DNA of 64,000 nt. Source: Candidatus Latescibacterota bacterium (lineage in GTDB: Bacteria; Latescibacterota; UBA2968; UBA8231). Under the pieces are notes generated by a model. That model did not search any database, was not told the DNA's origin, and was given only the letters and a program-made list of their open reading frames with translations. Positions 58,461 to 64,000 of this stretch are shown here, in pieces; the first letter of the stretch is position 1; each line of letters begins with the position of its first letter. Position numbers and translations under genes: made by a program. Where the stretch lies: the NCBI GenBank assembly GCA_965206595.1, contig OZ242214.1:5024001-5088000 (forward strand). The letters run 5' to 3'.

Positions 58461-60310
58461 ATGGGTCTTCTCACCGGGCGTTGTCAATTGCTCGCCAAGG
58501 CAACCATTGTTTCCCTGTTTGCCGGTTGCGGGGCAGTATCGGCGGAAATGCCGGACGAGGGCCTGGAAGCGAGACTGAAGGACCGTATCGAGCAGCTGGC
58601 GGCCATGGGCTCGAGGGTTACCGGATATCCCGGTGCCTCCGCAGCCGCGCGATACCTGACGGACTACCTGGAAAAACTGGGTCTGCCCGAAATCCACCAG
58701 CGGCGGTTTCACACTCCCGTCCCCCTCGACCATGGGGCCGTCCTGCGCCTCGCAGTGGAACCGGATACGAGCACGTACGAGCTCTTCCACATGTGGCCCA
58801 ACCTCGTGCGCACCTCCACTGTCCCCCTACCCGGAATCGCCGGTCCCCTGTTCTTTGCCGGAAGCGGTGAACCTTTCGAGATGGAGGGTTCCGGAATCAA
58901 GGGAGCCGTCGCCGTCTTCGAATACGACTGCGACCGCCGCTGGGTCCGTGCGTTCGACCTCGGCGCGGAAGCCGTCATCTTCCTGGCGCCCTCCGACCCC
59001 GGAGGCAGCCATCGTTGGGAAAGCTCGCAGAAGTATCTGACGACGCCGGCCGACTTGCCGCGATTCTTCGCTCCCGAAGGGGGGAGCAGGGCGCTGCGGA
59101 CCGTGCTGTCGGACACCTCGAGACTGGCGCAGTCCCCCCGCGCGGTCATCTCCGGAAGCATGGTCTGGCACAACGCTCCGGCCCAAACCGTGGTCGCCGT
59201 GATTCCTGGCACTGACCCCGCCCTTGCACAAGAGGCGGTAGTTGTAGGCTCGTACTAGATGCCATCTCCGCAGTACCGTCCCTTGCTCCCGGGGCCGACC
59301 AGGCGAGCGGTGTCGCTGCCTGGATGGAGCTGGCTGCCACCCTGGCAGTCAGCCCGCCCCGGCGCACCGCCGTTCTCGTGGCGACGGCAGGCCACTTTCA
59401 GGCACTGGCAGGAATGCGCGATTTCATCGCTTTCCTGCGCTCCCTCGACATGGAGGGAAAAGGGAAACCTCGAGGGTCGCCAGGCAACCTCACTGGATCA
59501 GCCGTTGAGGGCCCTTCTTTCCGATCTGGAGATGGAATGCTACATCGGCCTCGACCTGAGTTCTCGCAGCCGGCAGCTGGCACTCGTACAGGGCGGCCCG
59601 CCGTACCGAGTGCGCCGAATCCCACCTTCGATTTTCTACCCGATCACCTCGTTTACCGAGACGTACGAGGAGCGTCACCTTCAGGGTGAGATGATTCTCG
59701 GCGGAGCGTTGGAGCCCTTGCGCCGGCGCCGGCTAATCGGTGCCCTGCCCGAGCGGATTCCGGTCTCCGGGTCGGTGGCTGCGCTGTCCGGTATGCTGGG
59801 GATAACCCTGGTTTCGGCAGGGGACGAGCGCTCCGGCTTCGATTCACCGGGCGACTTTCCCGGGTTGTTGGAGTACGGCGATCTGGCGGCGCAGACCCGC
59901 TTCGCCGTGGCCCTGATCCAACACCTGATCGACGCCGATATCGACCTGTCTCCGGAGGGCCGGAGCGACTCTTTCGGCAGGCTTGACGGGCGCGTTGTGA
60001 GTTGGGGTCCACAAAGTTACCAGCCAGACCAACCGGTCGCCGGAGCTCTCGTTCGCGTGCGCACTTTCGGCAAGACGACCGTGGGGGTGCGCGCGGATCC
60101 GCTGGCGATGACCGGCGACGACGGCCGCTTCACGGTGACCGGTCTCGAGGCCCGGACGCTCTATCTCAAACCGGCGCTTCTCGAAGCCTACGTGGTCGAT
60201 CCGGCGTCAGGCAAGGTAGTCGCCGCTCTCGATCGCGGCCCGCTGGGAATCGGCAAGTACCCCGCCGAAGTCACCATGGACGATCTCGAAAAGGAGTGCA
60301 CCCTGGTGAC
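58461..60310 (+). pseudogene. secreted M28-type peptidase-domain protein (probably the N-part of a large FtsX-permease fusion), frameshifted and truncated
   Basis: SRVTGYPG; PA-like insert; a 1-bp deletion at about 59256-59258 breaks SYYDAIS…APGADQASG; 7-bp duplication at 59454-59467; IGLDLSS; carboxypeptidase-regulatory-like domain; ends abruptly at about 60310. Confidence 0.7.
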
Positions 60311-61039
60311 TTTGCGTTCCTTCTCACCCCCCTGATTTCCTACATCAATGCCCGCATGATCGGCCTGACCGGACAGACCGCCGGGATTCCCCTGGTGCGC
60401 GAGGGGGCCTTCCTGCTCAGCGGCTATCGCGGCGTCGACATCTGGTTCGCGCCCATTCCCTTCAGCGATCACGGGCGACGCGCCCAGCTGTTCCGCGAGG
60501 TGGAACTGACTGGGACCCGATTCACCAGCATCCTCAAGGCGGAACTGCTGATTCTGCCGGTGGCGTTGGGGTGCGGCTTTCTTTTCTGGGCTCTGATCTG
60601 GAAACTGCAGCCGATTCCGTCGCTGGCCTTTCCGTTTGCCCAGAAGTACTGGCACCTGTTCGCCATGCGGCAGTTTTTGTGGTTCTCCTTTACGACCGAG
60701 GGTGGTCTCGATCTGCCGGATGTGGTGCATTCCAGCTGGGTCGCAGGCGCCTTCTCTCTCGCCGGCGTCGCTCTCGCCGCCGCCAGCGTGTGGGGATTCC
60801 CGCTGGGCCTGGTTTACGGATTTATCCGCGGCCTGCAATCAATGCCGCACCTGCTCATACCCGAAATGCTGGGCGCATGCCTCGGCCGCTACTACTTCGA
60901 GCGCCGCTTCGGACGCGAGCGCTGGCGCCGCTGGGCGCCGGTTTTGATGGCCGGCTTCGCTTGCGGCAATGGCCTGATCGGCATGGCCGCCGTCGCCATC
61001 GTCCTGATCGCCCGCTCCGTCGCTCAGCTTCCTTACTGA
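60311..61039 (+). pseudogene. C-terminal fragment of an OPT-like peptide transporter
   Basis: FAFLLTPLISYINARMIGLTGQ…SGYRGVDIWFAP…FREVELTGTRF…LMAGFACG.GL; no start codon or N-terminal part. Confidence 0.7.
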
Positions 61040-61046
61040 GAACTCG

Positions 61047-62232
61047 ATGCCGATGACAACCCCGCGTTCCGTAGCTTTGGCTGTCGTCGCCATTTTCCTC
61101 GGCTCCTGGTCTATTCAGCGAGTGGATCTAGTTTACGCGGGACCCTCTCTGACTTACGGCCCGCTTCCCGCACTGCCGATCGCCCTATTGCTTCTCCTGG
61201 TCCTCCTGCGCCGCCTAGGGGCCGGCTGGCTCCAGTTCAAAGAGGGGGAACTGCTAGGGTGTTACCTGATGACTGCGGTCGGCCTGCCCTTGGCGGCCGG
61301 GGGGTACACCCACTACCTGCTGCCCGGGCTGGTCACCGGATTTTTCCAGTTCAGCGATCCTGCCGGACGGTACTACCCCTTTCTCAAACTGATCCCCGAC
61401 TGGATGATGCCTGGCCGCGAAGGCAGCCTCGCCGTAGACGGGTTCTTTCAGGGTCGAGTCGACGTTCCCTGGACAGCCTGGGCGCTGCCGCTGATGGCAT
61501 GGGCGGCGCTCGCCATCGCCTTTGATGGCATGGGCGGCGCTCGCCATCGCCTTCTGCGCCGCCATGGGGGGATGCATGACGCTGCTACGGAAGCGCTGGC
61601 TTCAGGAGGAACGTCTGCGCCTCCCACTCTCCGAACTGCCCCTGACTCTCGCGCTCAACGGTTGGGAACTGGTTCGCAGCAAGTCATTCGCGGTCGGCGC
61701 CGTGGTGCCGGTCCTGATCTACGGGCTGAACGGACTCCACCACTACCACGTTTTCCCGGCGGAAATCCCGCTGTCCTTCCACTTCGCGGAAGTGCTGACA
61801 GAACAGCCGTGGGCAGCCCTTGCTCCTTTCACCTCGCGGTTCGAATTCACCGTTTCCCCATTCCTGGTCGGGATCGCCTACCTGCTGTCAGTCGAAGTCG
61901 CCTTCAGCACCTGGTTCTTCTTCCTCCTGACCCGGGGGCAACTCCTCTTCGCCGAACTTTTCGGGCGAAGGGGCGACCAGGGTGTCTTCATCGGGCTCGG
62001 GGGACAGTGGCGGGAATGGCCCAATTTCACGCCCCACCTGCATGCACAGGCCCGCGGCGGCCTGCTCTGTCTTGCAGTGCTGAGCCTTTGGGCTGCGCGC
62101 AAGGCACTTGCCGATGCCTGGCGGCTAGAGCTCCGCAACCGGGGCAAGGAGCGCCTGGGCTTTCTTTGCTTGACGGCTGGCAGTGCCGGCCTCCTTGCCT
62201 GGGGGCACGCGGCCGGCCTCTCGTTCTTCCTA
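61047..62232 (+). pseudogene. DUF6785-like membrane protein, broken by a 31-bp duplication and an IS630 insertion
   Basis: VPWTAWALPL..W, RKRWLQEERLRLPL, GIAYLL..EVAFSTWFF; duplication at 61492-61553; cut at the TA of CTAG 62230-62233. Confidence 0.8.
61492..61553. repeat. exact 31-bp tandem duplication
   Basis: TGATGGCATGGGCGGCGCTCGCCATCGCCTT x2. Confidence 0.95.
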
Positions 62233-62835
62233 GTGTCCTGTCGTGTAATTAACTGTACAAACAATTGAAGGTGCCGTAGGTTTCTCTTATCCCCCTTCTG
62301 AAAGGAGAGACCTATGGTGACGGGGCGTCCATTAACGCCGTTAGAGCTGAGTCCGTCGGACCGGGAACGATTGGAATCGATGGCCAAATCCCGGAGCCTT
62401 TCCCACGGGTTGGTGCGGCGAGCCGAGATTATTCTGCTGGCCGCAGAAGGCTGGCCCAATGAAGCCGTCGCCGCCGCCGTGGGTGTGACGCGTGCTACGG
62501 TCGGCAAGTGGCGCCGGCGCTTTCTCGAAAACGGGCTCCAGGGCTTGCATGATGAGCTGCGCTCAGGGGCGCCACGATCGAGTACGGATGAACAGGTAGC
62601 CGAGGTGGTATACAAGACCCTGAAGACCAAGCCCAAAGACGAAACACAGTGGTCGGTGCGCTCCATGGGCGAAGAAACCGGCTTGACCAAGGACGCGGTT
62701 CATCGCATTTGGCGCACGTATGGTTTGCAGCCCCATCGACACAAGCACTTCAAGCTTTCCACCGATCCTTTCTTTGTCGACAAAGTACGGGATATCGTCG
62801 GCTTGTACCTGAATCCACCCGAGCACGCCCTGGTG
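62233..62835 (+). mobile_element. IS630-family element, left end plus truncated transposase (ATG 62314)
   Basis: TA/CTAG target followed by GTGTCCTGTC; AAAGGAG RBS; RRAEIILLAAEG, KWRRRF, WSVRSM, FKLSTDP.FVDKVRDIVGLYLNPP; DDE domain missing. Confidence 0.9.
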
Positions 62836-63979
62836 CCGAAGGCGGTGTCGGCGACCAGCTCGTCGGGTCGCTGCCCGCGCTCTTCGAGGGCCTCCAGCAC
62901 CGGCATCGTCGCGTGCTCGTCACTGGCGCAGGCAGCGGTCACCGCTACGTGGGTGATCCTGTTCACGGTGTCGGTCTTGCCGTCGTCGGCCTCGACGCAG
63001 GTCTCGGCGATCTGCACCTCATACCCTTTGCCCTTGCGGGCGTTGTAGGTGGCCTCGGCATCATGAGGGCTTTGCAGCGAGTCGCTGCCGACGTGCTCCG
63101 GCGCCTTCAGCGCCACCGGCACGCCGCCTTCGCCGGCGTCGTCGTCCTCGGTCGAGGGGCGCTGCTTGTCCGCGATCACCTCACACTGCTCCCACAGCAG
63201 GCGCTGCAGCAGCGCGTAGGATGCCAGGCCCTCGGCCGCGGTGCCCGCACACAGCTGATGGAGACGGTAGAGGTCGCGGGCGCACACCGGCAGCCGCCTC
63301 TTGCCCGTGCCGGAGGGCGCGTCCTGGTAGGCCGTGGCGCTGCCGTCCTCCTTCAGGTAGCGCTCGCGCAGGCGCTCAGGCGCTTCGGCACCCGCCCGTA
63401 CAGGCGCGGATGCTCCGCGGCCAGGGTCTTCAGAAAGTGACGGAGGGTCTCACACAACAGCCCCAGACGCGACAACACCGCGATGTTGCTGAGCACATGG
63501 GTGGAGTCCAGACGTTGCCGGGTGACCTTCGTACCCAGCGCTTGGAGAATGCCATCCGTAGTCGCCTCGAAGGCCTGCCGGCCGCGGTCATGGGCCAGCA
63601 AGCCAGCGCGGAAGTTGTGCAGCGTCAGGACGTTGTTAGTCCTCGTCTTCTGTGCCAGGTGGGCCTCGTCCGGGGTCAGCTCCAGGGCGTGCTGCCACAA
63701 CAGGCTGAACTCCAGCTGCTCCAGCGCCTCGACGTCGGTCAGAGCGAACATCTCCTTGAGCAGAAGCACGCCCAAGACCGTCGCCACCGGCTGGTTGGGA
63801 CGACCGTTGTCGTCGCAATACAAGGACGCAAACTGCGCTTCATCGATCAGCGGCAAGGCACGCGTGCGAAAGGTCTCCGCCCAGCTCGCCTGCAGGCGCC
63901 GCCGCTTGGCCGCAGGCACCAGGTTGCGGCTCTCGAACAGGGTGCGTTGCGAATCCTTCTTACGAAACATCAGCCCCAT
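62831..63979 (-). mobile_element. DDE transposase (IS1182/IS5-like, DUF772 N-terminus), frameshifted and truncated
   Basis: LYCDDNGRPN.P, QRLDSTH, QSPHDAEATY..KGKGY, LVADTAFG; 8-bp duplication at 63369-63384; C-terminus deleted. Confidence 0.85.
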
Positions 63980-64000
63980 CCAGTAAAGAGGAAGTGTGTG

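Noticed and set aside
59256-59258. In-frame TAG suggesting pyrrolysine or readthrough
   Set aside because: The downstream homology is in another frame; a 1-bp deletion in TAC-TA(C)-GAT explains it.
62831-62842. 12-bp match (TGGTGCCGAAGG) to the tRNA-Leu 3' end at 9402-9413, suggesting an att site
   Set aside because: It lies upstream of the tRNA rather than downstream, the interval holds core genes, no integrase is present, and the match is explained by the fused transposase codons.
1-64000. CRISPR array, rRNA or prophage; also the many long overlapping ORFs (e.g. 17747..19537, 30221..31942, 32819..34363)
   Set aside because: No regularly spaced repeats, rRNA motifs or phage structural genes were seen; the long alternative ORFs are GC-rich shadow frames of well-supported genes.

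Overview
GC-rich (~65% by eye) bacterial chromosome segment. Gene content suggests an FCB-group organism such as Ca. Latescibacterota, possibly host-associated (inference). Supporting genes are a short SigA lacking region 1.1, PhyH and GHL10-like enzymes, CRTAC1/ASPIC, a cohesin/dockerin/FlgD-tailed surface protein and DUF6785-like transporters. An intact housekeeping backbone (hrpA, rpmI-rplT-pheS-pheT-zapB-zapA-rny-ymdB-xseA-xseB-recN-pgsA, accD, surE, nfeD-floA, tRNA-Leu(CAA)) is interleaved with about a dozen disrupted catabolic, transport and transposase genes. Several of these are broken by short exact tandem duplications (7, 8, 10, 31 bp) or by large deletions, which suggests ongoing genome erosion. 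The best candidates for undescribed biology are: (i) a lower-GC islet after hrpA encoding a GQGGxQ-repeat microprotein, an orphan beta-class DNA methyltransferase and a small 3-TM protein; (ii) a decaying M28-peptidase/OPT-like/DUF6785 module; (iii) a ~185-nt structured RNA candidate upstream of a cupin-DUF3500 operon; (iv) an ECF sigma/anti-sigma pair sharing a C-terminal LRRxGLV tail upstream of accD. No CRISPR array or rRNA was seen. All family assignments come from motif recognition, not database searches.
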